DNA from: Candidatus Eiseniibacteriota bacterium
Lineage (GTDB): Bacteria > Eisenbacteria > RBG-16-71-46 > JABDJR01
Direction of reading: 5' to 3'
Length of the DNA stretch: 64,000 nucleotides
Assembly (NCBI GenBank): GCA_963762255.1
Contig: CAVXKA010000002.1
Coordinates: forward strand, 448,001-512,000
The notes under the pieces are model-generated. The model saw nothing but the letters and a program-made list of their open reading frames with translations. It had not been told where the DNA came from and did no database searches. Made by a program: the position numbers and the translations under genes. Shown here one piece after another: positions 47,872-58,269 of the stretch. Every line of letters starts with the position of its first letter. Positions within the stretch are counted from its first letter, which is position 1.

Positions 47872-49071
47872 TCAGGGCCTTTCCGTGAGAGCGGCCACAC
47901 CGGGCAGGGTCTTTCCCTCCAGAAACTCGAGGAAAGCGCCGCCGCCGGTCGATACGTGCGAAAACGCCTCGTCAGGAATTCCCGCCTGGGAGATGGCCGC
48001 CACCGAGTCCCCACCGCCTACGACGCTGACGCCGCCACGACCGGCCACTTCGGCGACGGCCGCGGCGATCTCCAACGTGCCGGCGGCGAAGGCGGGAACC
48101 TCGAAGATCCCGAGCGGACCGTTCCAGACCACGGTTCGTGCGTCAGCGAGCTTCTCCCGGAACAGCTTCACCGTGCGGGGACCGATGTCGCCGCCAAGGC
48201 AGCCGGAGGGAATCGCGGCGGATTCCGTCGCCCGCACCGGCGCGGTGCCGTCGGCAGCGGTCGAGACCAGCGAATCGATAGGAAGCACGATGTCCACCCC
48301 GACCTGTCCAGCCGCAGCCAGGACTTCGCGAGCCATCTCGACGCGATCGGGCTCCACGAGCGAGTTGCCGATCTCCGTTCCTTCCGCCCGATAGAACGTA
48401 TAGGTCATCCCACCGCCGATGAGGATCCGGTCCACCTTGGCGAGGAGATGTGTGAGAACGTCGATCTTCCCCGAGATCTTCGCGCCGCCGAGAATGACGA
48501 CGAAGGGACGCTCGGGCTTCGCCAGTGCAAGCCCGAGATAGTGAAGCTCCTGCTCCATCAGGAGTCCCGCCGCGGACTGCGCGAAGTAGCGGGTCACCCC
48601 CTCGGTGGAGGCGTGGGCGCGATGGGCGGAGCCGAACGCGTCGTTCACGTAGAGATCGCCGAGCTTGGCAAGCTCGGCCGCGAACGCCGGGTCGTTGGCC
48701 TCCTCTTCGGCGTGGAACCGGAGGTTCTCCAGCAGCAGCACGTCTCCGGGACGCAGGTCCTCGCTCAGGCGGACCGCCGCGGACCCCACGCAATCGTCCG
48801 TGAACCTGACATCCTTGCCGAGAAGCACGGAGAGGTGGTGAGCCACCGGCTTGAGGGAGTACTTGGGCTCCGGTCCCCCCTTGGGCCGGCCCAGGTGGGA
48901 CATCAGGATCACCCGGGCTCCCCCGTCCATCAGCCGGCGCAAGGTCGGCAGCGAAGCGGTGATGCGCGAGTCGTCGGTGACCTTTCCGTCCTTGATGGGC
49001 ACGTTGTAGTCCACGCGCACGAGGACGCGCTTCCCCTTCACGTCCAGATCCTTGAGAGTCAGCTTGTTCAT
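47872..49071 (-). CDS. pgk: Phosphoglycerate kinase
   Basis: RVDYNVP, SHLGRP, LLENLRF, NDAFGSAHRAH, STGGGA. Confidence 0.97.
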   Translation of the reverse strand: MNKLTLKDLDVKGKRVLVRVDYNVPIKDGKVTDDSRITASLPTLRRLMDGGARVILMSHLGRPKGGPEPKYSLKPVAHHLSVLLGKDVRFTDDCVGSAAVRLSEDLRPGDVLLLENLRFHAEEEANDPAFAAELAKLGDLYVNDAFGSAHRAHASTEGVTRYFAQSAAGLLMEQELHYLGLALAKPERPFVVILGGAKISGKIDVLTHLLAKVDRILIGGGMTYTFYRAEGTEIGNSLVEPDRVEMAREVLAAAGQVGVDIVLPIDSLVSTAADGTAPVRATESAAIPSGCLGGDIGPRTVKLFREKLADARTVVWNGPLGIFEVPAFAAGTLEIAAAVAEVAGRGGVSVVGGGDSVAAISQAGIPDEAFSHVSTGGGAFLEFLEGKTLPGVAALTERP

Positions 49072-49074
49072 GGC

Positions 49075-50073
49075 CTATCCGCGGCTTTCCATGTAGTGGA
49101 TGAGGTCCACGACGCGGCACGAGAAGCCCCACTCGTTGTCGTACCAACAGATGACCTTCACGAGATTCCCGTCCATCACCTGGCTCATCTTGCTGTCGTA
49201 CACGCTCGAGAAGGTGCTGTGCACGATGTCGGTGGAAACGAGCTCGTCCTCGCTGTATTGGAGCACGCCCTTGAGGGGCCCTTCCGCCGCCTTGCGAAAC
49301 GCCGCGTTCATCTCCTCCTTGGTCAGGCTCTTCTCCATCTCGGCGACGAGATCGACCACAGAGCCGTCCGGGACCGGTACCCGGATCGCGAAGCCGTCCA
49401 GCTTGCCCTTCAACTCGGGGATCACGGTCCCGATCGCCCGCGCCGCCCCCGTCGTGGTCGGCACCACGTTGATGGCCGCCGCCCGCGCGCGGCGCAAGTC
49501 CTTGTGAGGCAGGTCGAGGAGGTTCTGGTCGTTGGTGTACGCATGGATCGTCGTCATCCACCCCCGCTTGATCCCCCAGTTGTCGTGCAAGACCTTCACC
49601 GCCGGGGCGAGACAGTTCGTGGTGCAGGAGGCGTTCGAGATCACGAAGTGTTTCGCCGGATCGTATTCCGCGTGGTTGACCCCCATGACCAGCATGGCGT
49701 CCGCACCCTTCGAAGGAGCCGTGACGATCACCCTCTTCGCACCCGCATCGAGGTGGGCCGCCGCTTTCTCCCGGTCCGTGAATCTGCCCGTGGATTCGAT
49801 GACGAGGTCGATTCCCATCTCCTTCCACGGAAGCTTCTTGGGGTCGGTCTCCTTGAGCACCCGGAACTTGTCGTCCCCGCAACGGATGTGCTCTCCGTCG
49901 ACGGTCACCGGCGCGGACAGGTTCCCGTGCACCGAGTCGTGGCCGAGGAGATGGGCGAGGGTCCGGGCATCGGTCAAGTCGTTGACCGCGACAAATTCAA
50001 TACTGGGATCGTTGAGGGCGACGCGGAAAACCAGGCGGCCGATGCGGCCGAAGCCGTTAATGGCGACTCTCAT
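49075..50073 (-). CDS. gap: Glyceraldehyde-3-phosphate dehydrogenase (type I)
   Basis: INGFGRIGR, SNASCTTNCLAP, WYDNEWG. Confidence 0.97.
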   Translation of the reverse strand: MRVAINGFGRIGRLVFRVALNDPSIEFVAVNDLTDARTLAHLLGHDSVHGNLSAPVTVDGEHIRCGDDKFRVLKETDPKKLPWKEMGIDLVIESTGRFTDREKAAAHLDAGAKRVIVTAPSKGADAMLVMGVNHAEYDPAKHFVISNASCTTNCLAPAVKVLHDNWGIKRGWMTTIHAYTNDQNLLDLPHKDLRRARAAAINVVPTTTGAARAIGTVIPELKGKLDGFAIRVPVPDGSVVDLVAEMEKSLTKEEMNAAFRKAAEGPLKGVLQYSEDELVSTDIVHSTFSSVYDSKMSQVMDGNLVKVICWYDNEWGFSCRVVDLIHYMESRG

Positions 50074-50239
50074 TGATGAGCTCCCTTCTTAACGTGATCG
50101 AGACGGCGCTCGCGGAAGTCCACGGAAGCGCCCGAGAAACGCGGAGTTCCCGGCCCGGGCGGGCGGGCGGCGCGGCCGGCCGCGAAGCGTCCTGTCCGAA
50201 AAGCACAAAACTCGATTCCACTTCGGAATCGCGCCGAAG

Positions 50240-50268
50240 ATGGTATTCGGGGCCTGATGAGGTGTCAA
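50240..50268 (-). promoter_or_regulatory. Sigma-70-type promoter of gap-pgk-tpiA
   Basis: TTGACA-N17-TACCAT. Confidence 0.6.
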
Positions 50269-50309
50269 GGTAACCGCTGCCGCGCGCGCGGGGAGCGGTG
50301 CGATCGCGC

Positions 50310-51803
50310 CTAGTATCCGATGAAGTCGGAGGAATAGCGCAGGACATAACGCCCCGTGCCCGTCTCGTCCACGAACACGAACTTGAGGCCGGTCATGCTG
50401 GTCGTGAACTCGCGCTCAGGGAACAGCGGCGTCCCCTGACGCGTGTAGGACCAGATCTCGTAGGGACGCGTGTCGGCCTCGTCGTTGGTGGCGAGAAGTC
50501 GGCCCTCCTCGTTCTCCCTCGTCAACTCTTCCACGCGGCGGTCCAGTTGGCGGTCTACGGTGGGCAGAAGCTCGCGTTCGATTTCGTCGGGGTCGCCGAA
50601 GCGGATGAAGATGCGGCCGCGGTCGGTGATCATCCCCTTCATGCCGTGAGCGCTGAATTCCCGATTGGCGAAGGCCACTCGGCGCAGGAATTCGCCCCGC
50701 AGTTCGTTCTGAGCGGACTGGGGAGTCGGGTCCGACTCGGTCCAGAATCGCTGAATGTAGAGCTCGCGGTCACCGAAGGACATCTCCTTGAACTTCTCGT
50801 ACTCGGCCTCTGTGAAGAGCACGCGGGCCTCATCCAGAACGTCCTGCTCGCTCCGATCCCACGAGTCCGAATTCCACAGCACATTGAACGGCCGCTCCGA
50901 GGCGGTCTCCTCGCCGGTGGCCACATTCTCCAAAGTCGCGCGCAGCACGAACTGCCCGCTGCCGGCCTGAGAAAGATCGAAGCTCACGACCCGGACGCAT
51001 TCACCCGAGGCGCAGCGCACGGTGTCGGGCGCAGGAGCGGTCACCGACCCGGACGGTCCCCGAATCTCGTAGTGCGCCACGAATGCCCTCTCCCCTTCCA
51101 CCCCCTCCCGCAGATCGTAGATCTCGTAGTAGGCGGTCAATCGCGGCTGCAGCAGGCCGTAACCCCGCGACGGATTGGGGATCACGTTCAACCCGTTCTT
51201 CTCGAAGGGGCCGTCGGCGGTGCTATCCCCGACCTCCCAGGCGAACTGAAGGTCGCTGATCCCGAAGCTCTTCCCCACGAAAGGAGGCGGTTCGAGCGGA
51301 CCTTCTCCGGCGCCGTTTCGGCGCTTTCCGGTGAACATATAGAGCAGACCGCGCTTGCGGGCGTTCAGATCCTCGACCGCCACCTCGACACTGCGGGCAC
51401 GTGGGTCGAGAGCTTCACGGAGGAGCAGTACCTGGGCATGATCGGGGGACTGCGCCGTCGAGAGGTCGGGAACTCGAAACTCGTAGCGGTGCCCGGCCTC
51501 TCCCAACTCCCGCCCCTCCTCGTCCTTGAAGCGCAGCCGGACGTAGACTTGGCCGGAGTGGGCGCCGTTCCCGTCCTCCCGGAATTCGAGCTGATTGTTG
51601 GTGATCCTGAGGTAGTACTCCTCGATGACTTCCCCCGAGGCGCCCCTGAAGCCGGCATGGTCAGCCTGAAACCAGATGTCCCCGACCGAAGAGAGCGGGA
51701 ACCCCGCCGCCGCCGTCCGTCCGGACACCAGGAAGAGGACGCACAGGACGGCGAGCGTCGCAACCACCCACTCCCGGGCACACCGACCAGATGATTTCAG
51801 CAT
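50310..51803 (-). CDS. GWxTD-domain protein (variant motif GMITD)
   Basis: Signal peptide; ISDLQFA, VIPNPSR, FW...DPTP...NE...EF.RRVAFAN..F...GMITDRGRIFIRFGDPDEI, EIWSY, FVFVDETGTG.Y.L. Confidence 0.82.
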   Translation of the reverse strand: MLKSSGRCAREWVVATLAVLCVLFLVSGRTAAAGFPLSSVGDIWFQADHAGFRGASGEVIEEYYLRITNNQLEFREDGNGAHSGQVYVRLRFKDEEGRELGEAGHRYEFRVPDLSTAQSPDHAQVLLLREALDPRARSVEVAVEDLNARKRGLLYMFTGKRRNGAGEGPLEPPPFVGKSFGISDLQFAWEVGDSTADGPFEKNGLNVIPNPSRGYGLLQPRLTAYYEIYDLREGVEGERAFVAHYEIRGPSGSVTAPAPDTVRCASGECVRVVSFDLSQAGSGQFVLRATLENVATGEETASERPFNVLWNSDSWDRSEQDVLDEARVLFTEAEYEKFKEMSFGDRELYIQRFWTESDPTPQSAQNELRGEFLRRVAFANREFSAHGMKGMITDRGRIFIRFGDPDEIERELLPTVDRQLDRRVEELTRENEEGRLLATNDEADTRPYEIWSYTRQGTPLFPEREFTTSMTGLKFVFVDETGTGRYVLRYSSDFIGY

Positions 51804-51855
51804 GGCAATCCTCTCCTGCGCGGGACGGCGGGTCTTCGCGGCGACCCCATCCCCG

Positions 51856-51897
51856 AAAAGCGAAACGGGCAACGCGGGAGTGCCCCACGCTGCCCGT
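51856..51897 (-). terminator. Intrinsic terminator after the PorV-family gene
   Basis: 14-bp stem ACGGGCAGCGTGGG/CCCGCGTTGCCCGT followed by TTCGCTTTT on the minus strand. Confidence 0.6.
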
Positions 51898-51950
51898 CAG
51901 TCTCACCACCGGATGGCCGTCCGAGAACCGAGGCCCCCGGAATCGGTCTG

Positions 51951-52907
51951 TCAGAATCCAATCTCGAGCGAGAACCGATGCGACTCACCGAGATCCGACA
52001 TGCCGGTGTACGAGTAGTCGAATCGGGTCTCCGAGGAGAGCGAAGTCGGGAACTTCACGCCCACTCCGGCGGCGAGCTTCTCGGCGTCATAGCCGAAATT
52101 CGTGCCACCGCGAAGGAAGAAGAAGTTCTTGAACGCGTACTCCGCACCCAGATTCAGCCGTTCGTTGTTGTCGGGCGGGTGGCTGAACTCCGCGGTGGAT
52201 ATCACCTGATGCTCGAGCGCCTGATAGAGCATGATGGAGCCGCCCACACGAAACAGAATGGGCAGCTTGGCCGACTTGGCCCCGTCGATGTAGGACAGCT
52301 CCGACCCCATGTTCTGGATCGCCATCCCAACCTTCAGCGACCGGAATCCGGTGTCGTAGAGCGTCCCCACGTCAAACGCCAGTGCGTTCGATCCCAGGTC
52401 ATCCAGCCCCGCGTGTACGAGGCTCGCCGTCACACCCATCGAGAACTTGTCGGTGAGGGACCGGGCGTAGGTGAGGCCGTAGGAGGAGTAGCCGGCGTCG
52501 AAATACTCCCCCGTGCCGTCGGGATTGAACACCGTGGTCACCTCCATGTCGTCCGCATAGAGGGCCCGCGCGTTGACCGCCAGCATGCCGGGCAGGAACC
52601 CAAGGCTGAAGACGTATGTCCCCTGGGTCATGTTGACGTCCGCGGCCCAGTTCACATGGTGAACCGCGACGATGCTTCCCTGCAGCCGGGCGATACCGGC
52701 CGGGTTCCAATACACCGATGACGCATCATCGGCGACCGCGACAAAGGCCCCGCCCATCGCGGTGGCCCTCGCCCCGATAGGAATCTTCATGAACTGGCCG
52801 TCATAGGTGCCGACCTTTTCGAAGAACTTAGCCGCTTCGGCGCCGGCCGGCCACAGCCCCGCAGGAACCAGGCATAGCAGCGCGATTGCCACGACCAGAC
52901 GTTTCAC
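51951..52907 (-). CDS. PorV/PorQ-family outer-membrane beta-barrel
   Basis: KVGT..GQFMKIPIGARATAMGGAFVAVADDASSVYWNPAG; D.G.LY.TG; LNLGAEY...LRGG; C-terminal HRFSLEIGF; GTG at 52907 with RBS AGGAGG. Confidence 0.85.
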   Translation of the reverse strand: MKRLVVAIALLCLVPAGLWPAGAEAAKFFEKVGTYDGQFMKIPIGARATAMGGAFVAVADDASSVYWNPAGIARLQGSIVAVHHVNWAADVNMTQGTYVFSLGFLPGMLAVNARALYADDMEVTTVFNPDGTGEYFDAGYSSYGLTYARSLTDKFSMGVTASLVHAGLDDLGSNALAFDVGTLYDTGFRSLKVGMAIQNMGSELSYIDGAKSAKLPILFRVGGSIMLYQALEHQVISTAEFSHPPDNNERLNLGAEYAFKNFFFLRGGTNFGYDAEKLAAGVGVKFPTSLSSETRFDYSYTGMSDLGESHRFSLEIGF

Positions 52908-52946
52908 CGCAGTACCTCCTTGTGCCCTCATCCTCGAGCGGGGCTC

Positions 52947-55316
52947 CTATCGAATGATCACGAAACGGCCACGACATATCCCCTCGCTGGAATCCACCGA
53001 GTAAAGGTAGATCCCGCTGGTGACGTTTTGCCCGTTCCGGGTGATCATGTTCCAGAAATACGTCCCGTTTCCGTCCGCTCCGTCATGCTGCGCTTCCTGG
53101 ACCAAGTCCCCGGACAGCGTGTAGATTCGGATCGTCGCTCCTTCGTCCGGCAGATTGCGGAAGGCTATCTTGGTCCCGGTTGGATCGCGATCGCTGGGAG
53201 TCAGATCCCAGTCCGCCCGCCCCCGATAGGGGTTGGGGACCACTTTGACCTGATCGCAGCCTTTCGCAGCATTCCAGCGAGGCACGACCATCTCGGCCTC
53301 GACCGCCGACGGCAGTCCGCCTAGCTCGACGGTTTCGTCACGGTCCGTCAGCGCATTGTGCCGGGTGGTGAGGCCGAACGCAGTCACGGCGTAGAAGTAG
53401 ATCTTGCCGTTCAGGATCCCATTGGTATCCTCGTATTGATACCGGCCGACGGGGTAGATCGCCTTGGGAATATCGTCATCGGTGTAGCCGATCTCCTTGA
53501 CATGGTTCTGTCGCACCGTCCGGAGCAGCTGCGCCCCCTGGGAATTCGCGTCCTCGTCATCGCGGAACTCCGCGAGCTTCATCCACTCCTCCGGAGCCGG
53601 CCCGATCGATCCCTCGGGGCGCTGCCAGTTGTCGGCGCGCCAGACCCGGTACCCTTTGAACAACTCCTCACCGGTGATCGGGTCCTTGCGGAGTTCGGAG
53701 CTGTTGTCCCACTGCAGGATGACCTTGTGATCGCCGGCCGGAGAGGAGGCAACCAGATCCGGATCCAGGAGGTCCAGATCCGGGTCGGTGTTCAGCTTGG
53801 GAGGCGGCGGGGCGGTTGTCCCCACCCACTGAATCAGGGCCTCCGCCCCGAGGTCACCGGTGCAGGAGTTGCAGTCCGCATCCACCCAGTGGCAATTCCC
53901 CACATCCCGAAAGTAGACCTTGGTTTCGAGCGTGTCGCACGGATCGTCCCAAACGATCTCGTCCCCTTGCTCGAGTACCATGAGGCAGCGCTCCCTGCCG
54001 TCAACACCCGTAGCGGTGTTTTGGTCCGCATTGATGTACTTGCCATCGAACACCCGTTGCGCGTTCACCGCGTTCGCTCGGTAACCGTCTGCGCCATCTC
54101 CGATCACGTATGCAGTCTGAAAGACAAGCGACTCACCGGGGTTGAGCTGCGCGAAGGGCCCCGCCGCGATCACGTACCTGTAGTCGTCGGGCTTGGTCGC
54201 GTTTCGCTGCGGCTTCGTGCCCGCGGCGATCAGGGCATAACGCTCGTCATCGTTTTGCGGATCGGAGTTGGCGCCGGAGGAGCTGAACCAGCCCACCGTG
54301 GTCAAACCCACGTTCTGCGGAGCGCGCACACCGGTGTCGTCGGTGGTGTGACCGAGAAAAAGGCTCCCGAACACGCCGGGGACGTCGCCCCCGGAGATCG
54401 TCGTCCCGTTGTCGGGAGCGTCCCACATGAACGCGGTGTCCATCGCCAGATCGAAAGTAGCGCAGGGGCCGGCCAGCTGAGGGTCGGTCACCGTCGTGTC
54501 GATATGGGCCCACCCCACCAGGTCGTCGCTCCAGTACTTGTCGGCGGTCTTGGGGCCGGCGTCGGAGTCCGAGAAGAAGCCCAGATACATCTCCCGCAGC
54601 CGCTGGTCGCCGGTGTTGACGATCTCGAATTCGAACCCGACGAATTCGTTAATTCCGGCGGTGGCCCATTGGAAGGATCGCTGCCGGACGAGGATGTTCA
54701 GCGGCACGTGATCCGAAACCTGCGCGAGGGCTTCGGGAGTATCGTCCTTGTACATGCAGGAGAACATCTGCTGGCCGATGGCGGCGTAGTCCTCGTCGAT
54801 GCGGCCGTCGCCGTCGTCATCCAGGCCGTTTTGAAAGTCCTCGTCGTCGAAGCCGTCCTTGTCGTCGTCGACGGCATCCGGATCCGCGCCGCCCAGCCGG
54901 TTACCGCCCCTCAGCCCCTCGAACGACTCGTACACCGTCCAGGTAGCGAGAAGCTCCGGACGCAGCTCCAACGGGGACGCGGTGGACACGTGCGGCTCGG
55001 AGTCGGAGCCGATCGCGCCAATCCAGAGGCCCGAGAAATAGAGGTATTCGCCGCCGCGCCAACCTGCGGAGAAATCATCGATAAACGGGTTCCCGATGAT
55101 CCCTACGTTGGTGATCTGCAGGGTCAGGAGCCCTGCGTTGTGGGCGAAGCTGTAAGGTGGCCGCAACGCATACAGATCGGAAGGTGCGCGCCCCAGAGCG
55201 GTGGGGAGTTCCACGTTCGTGCGCGCCTGGGCGGCCGGCGCTGCCAGAATGAGGCCGGCAGCGAGGGTCGTCAAAACCACCCGTCCAAGCTGTTCGAATC
55301 CAAAGTGCCTGGTCAT
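52947..55316 (-). CDS. Secreted protein with Ca-binding DxDxDG repeats and a T9SS-like C-terminal sorting domain
   Basis: Signal peptide; HNAG...ITN.G, EYLY.SGLWIGA, DDDKDG/DDDGDGRIDED, FKGYRVWR, NGKIYFYAVTAF, VKVVPNPY...FRNLP...TIRIYTLSGDLV...WN...SGIYLY...GRFVIIR. Confidence 0.78.
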   Translation of the reverse strand: MTRHFGFEQLGRVVLTTLAAGLILAAPAAQARTNVELPTALGRAPSDLYALRPPYSFAHNAGLLTLQITNVGIIGNPFIDDFSAGWRGGEYLYFSGLWIGAIGSDSEPHVSTASPLELRPELLATWTVYESFEGLRGGNRLGGADPDAVDDDKDGFDDEDFQNGLDDDGDGRIDEDYAAIGQQMFSCMYKDDTPEALAQVSDHVPLNILVRQRSFQWATAGINEFVGFEFEIVNTGDQRLREMYLGFFSDSDAGPKTADKYWSDDLVGWAHIDTTVTDPQLAGPCATFDLAMDTAFMWDAPDNGTTISGGDVPGVFGSLFLGHTTDDTGVRAPQNVGLTTVGWFSSSGANSDPQNDDERYALIAAGTKPQRNATKPDDYRYVIAAGPFAQLNPGESLVFQTAYVIGDGADGYRANAVNAQRVFDGKYINADQNTATGVDGRERCLMVLEQGDEIVWDDPCDTLETKVYFRDVGNCHWVDADCNSCTGDLGAEALIQWVGTTAPPPPKLNTDPDLDLLDPDLVASSPAGDHKVILQWDNSSELRKDPITGEELFKGYRVWRADNWQRPEGSIGPAPEEWMKLAEFRDDEDANSQGAQLLRTVRQNHVKEIGYTDDDIPKAIYPVGRYQYEDTNGILNGKIYFYAVTAFGLTTRHNALTDRDETVELGGLPSAVEAEMVVPRWNAAKGCDQVKVVPNPYRGRADWDLTPSDRDPTGTKIAFRNLPDEGATIRIYTLSGDLVQEAQHDGADGNGTYFWNMITRNGQNVTSGIYLYSVDSSEGICRGRFVIIR

Positions 55317-55332
55317 ACGTCTACTCCCGCCT

Positions 55333-58035
55333 TTAGAAGCTGACGCCGATGCCGACGCGGATATTGCGACCTTCCGAGAAGACCCGCGGATCGTTGAGCG
55401 GCACCCAGTCCTGGATGCCGTCCTCGTTCAGGTCATCGCTCAGGTAGGCCCCGCCCGCCCGCCCCGTCTCGCTGTAAAACACCTGGTAGTCGGTGGTATT
55501 CGCCTGCGGAGGCTGCGGCCAGTTGGCCGGTTCGAGATCCTGGATGTTCCGCGCGTCCAGGACGTTGTTGCCGCGCAGGAACACCTTCACCCGCTGTCCC
55601 CAGATCTTATAGTACTTCTCCGCCTGCACGGTCAGGGACGCCGAACTCGGCAACCGCCGGGAGTTAGTGAGCAAGGGGTCGGGCTTGCGCACGTTTCGGT
55701 CCCGGGGCGTGTAGGGGAACCCCGTGCCGAACGTCCACACGAAATTGGCCGACCAGTTGTTGGGCTGCGCGACCGTCGCGGTCGCCGAGACCGTGTGCCG
55801 CTGGTCCCAATCGAGCGGCTGCTCGGAGATGGGCAAGTACAGGAAATCCACCTGCTGCTGCTGATTGGGGTCGGAGGCCACCCCTGTCGCCACACCGTAG
55901 GTGTAGGAGAGCTCGCCGGCGAAGTTCCGGGTGAACCGTTTGGTGAGGCTCAGCTCAAACCCCCGGGAAGAGGCGTAGTCCTTGTTCACGTATTGCGTGA
56001 CCAGCGCCGGGCTGTCCCCTGAACTGACCTCCTCGATCGTGAGCAGTCCGAAGATATCCTTGAAGTAGACCGAGAACTGTCCGGTCACGCTCTCGGTAAA
56101 CATGTGCTGAAGCGCCGCCTGGTACGAGACGGTCGTCTCGTTGTCCAGGTTCGGGTTCCCGCGGGTGCGCACCGCGGCGCCCCGGTTCTCGAAGATGTAC
56201 TGCCGGTCCGGGACCTGACTGAACCGCCCGTAGTGGAACGAGAACACGTCGCGGTCGGAGATCGGGTAGGCGATGCCCACGCGCGGGCTCCACTGCTCGC
56301 GGGTGCGGTTCTCCACCTCGGCGGCATCCAGTTGGTTCCCCACCGAGAAGTAGTCGTAGCGGATCCCCCCGTTGATCACCATGCCCTCGTGTTCCCAGCG
56401 GTCCTGGAGGTACAGGGACCCTTCGGGATTGTAGTAGTGGTATTCGCTCCGGTAGAGCCCGATTTCGCCTTCGGCGTTGATCCGGTTGGGAAAGTCCACA
56501 GCGAGGAGCGCGAGGTCGTTGTACTTGAGCTCGATCCCGGTCTTGACCTTGTGAGCACCGAGCTGACTGGTCCAGTCCGACTTCAGCGTCCACACCCGGG
56601 ACGATTGATCGCGATAGGTGGGCACGTCGCCGTTGCTCGCAAAGAAGGGCAGGGTCCGGAAGTGGATCCGGTCCCGCCACTGATCGGGATACTGCGCCTC
56701 GTACTCCCAGGGAAGCTTGTCCTGCACCGAGGAAAGGAAGTCGTAAGAGTTCTCGCTGAACTTGAGGGTGTAGAAGGTCCCCGTGCTCAGGGTGTGGCTC
56801 CACACGAGCTTGTACTGCCGAAATGTGTTCTCGTAGTTCGGCGTGTGTTCGGCGGCATTGTAGTAGAGCCAGTTGGGACCTTCCTGCCTCTCGCTGAAGG
56901 CGCCGTATCGAGTCTCGATCGCGCCATTGTCGGCGATCGTGTCGATGCGGGTCTCGACGAAGCCCTCCGCGCTGAAGCTGTGCCGGTAGGTGTCCCAGGT
57001 GCGGTCGTTCTGCAGCACTTCCATGGTCATCTTGTAGTTGGGGCCGGGCTTCCAGGCCAGCTTGGCCTGCAAGTTGATCTCGTTGTCCTGCCGCGGGCCC
57101 ACTCGGATGAAGTCCAGAATCTGGTGCCGTTCGCGCTGCTCGCTGGTCTGAAGATAGGTGTCCGACCACGTACCCTGGACCGAGACGTAGTACGTGAGAT
57201 TGCGAATCGGAGAAGGACCGCCCATCCCGAGGGAAAGCCGGTCGTAGTTGTTATAGGTCTTGTCCGGGGCGCCGTAGTCGTCGGTCATGTAGCTGACTTC
57301 ACCCTGGAACGTATCGGTGCCTTCCTGGGTGATGATGTTGACGACTCCCGACTGAGCGTTCCCGTACTCGGCATCCATCCCGCCGAGGAGCACGTCGGAG
57401 TCCGACACGGACACGGTGGCAACGTTGACGCCTCCGCCCACCAGCGGGTCGTTCACCGGAATGCCGTCGATCTGGTACTGGACCTCGCCCGCTCGCCCCC
57501 CGCGGAAGTGAAGCTGGCCGCCCTGGGCGACGACTCCGGACTTGAGGGCGACCGCCTCGGCAAACGTGTCGACCGGCAGGCGATCGAGTTCCTCGGAGCC
57601 CACGCGATGCTGGGTGCCGGAGTCACCCCGCCGGATGAGCTCTTTGGTGGCCTCGACGCGCACGACTTGCATCGTGGCGACGACGGTGGTCTTGATCTCG
57701 AAGTTGGCGGTGGTGGTCGCTCCGGCGTTGATCTGCACCGTGCGTTCCTGCTGCTCGTATCCCAGGAAAGAGACGCGGATCGTGTAGGTTCCCGCCGGCA
57801 CGTTCTTGACGGTGTACTTCCCATCGGAGTCCGTCATAGCGCCCATCTTGGTGGTGAGAACAACGACGTTCGCGTAGGCCTTGCTCTGGCCGTCGACATC
57901 GCGCACGGTCCCGGTGAGCGTACCCGTACCCTGAGCGGAAGCGGTGGCGACCATGGCCAGCGTCGAACACGCAGCAAGGAGATGGATCAGCATGCCTCTG
58001 GGACGGACTCTCATGACCTCGTCAGTTCCTTTCAT
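55333..58035 (-). CDS. TonB-dependent receptor with N-terminal carboxypeptidase-regulatory-like domain
   Basis: GTLTGTV...GAMTD.DG.Y...VPAGTY, plug LHFRGGRAGE..Y.IDG, GGMDAEYGNAQSGVVNI, SPRVGIAYPI, GNPNL, DWDQRH, terminal F; ATG at 58035 with RBS GGAGGTGA. Confidence 0.92.
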   Translation of the reverse strand: MKGTDEVMRVRPRGMLIHLLAACSTLAMVATASAQGTGTLTGTVRDVDGQSKAYANVVVLTTKMGAMTDSDGKYTVKNVPAGTYTIRVSFLGYEQQERTVQINAGATTTANFEIKTTVVATMQVVRVEATKELIRRGDSGTQHRVGSEELDRLPVDTFAEAVALKSGVVAQGGQLHFRGGRAGEVQYQIDGIPVNDPLVGGGVNVATVSVSDSDVLLGGMDAEYGNAQSGVVNIITQEGTDTFQGEVSYMTDDYGAPDKTYNNYDRLSLGMGGPSPIRNLTYYVSVQGTWSDTYLQTSEQRERHQILDFIRVGPRQDNEINLQAKLAWKPGPNYKMTMEVLQNDRTWDTYRHSFSAEGFVETRIDTIADNGAIETRYGAFSERQEGPNWLYYNAAEHTPNYENTFRQYKLVWSHTLSTGTFYTLKFSENSYDFLSSVQDKLPWEYEAQYPDQWRDRIHFRTLPFFASNGDVPTYRDQSSRVWTLKSDWTSQLGAHKVKTGIELKYNDLALLAVDFPNRINAEGEIGLYRSEYHYYNPEGSLYLQDRWEHEGMVINGGIRYDYFSVGNQLDAAEVENRTREQWSPRVGIAYPISDRDVFSFHYGRFSQVPDRQYIFENRGAAVRTRGNPNLDNETTVSYQAALQHMFTESVTGQFSVYFKDIFGLLTIEEVSSGDSPALVTQYVNKDYASSRGFELSLTKRFTRNFAGELSYTYGVATGVASDPNQQQQVDFLYLPISEQPLDWDQRHTVSATATVAQPNNWSANFVWTFGTGFPYTPRDRNVRKPDPLLTNSRRLPSSASLTVQAEKYYKIWGQRVKVFLRGNNVLDARNIQDLEPANWPQPPQANTTDYQVFYSETGRAGGAYLSDDLNEDGIQDWVPLNDPRVFSEGRNIRVGIGVSF

Positions 58036-58079
58036 CAAGGCTCACCTCCAAAAGCTCGTGCTCCTTGCGGAGATCCGCA

Positions 58080-58108
58080 ACTATAAGCAACACGGTAGCT
58101 TGAGTCAA
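58080..58108 (-). promoter_or_regulatory. Proximal sigma-70-type promoter of the TBDR operon
   Basis: TTGACT-N17-TATAGT. Confidence 0.65.
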
Positions 58109-58269
58109 CCAGCGCTGAGGCTAGCGCGGGGCGACTCGTCCGGGGGACACCGGCGGCACGAGGCCGCGACGGGTCGAAACCCGGGCCGAGCAGCGAGAAC
58201 TCTCGTGAGGCAGGACCGCCGGCACCATACGGCGGCTGAGAGTGAGGATACCTGGATCCTGATATCGGT

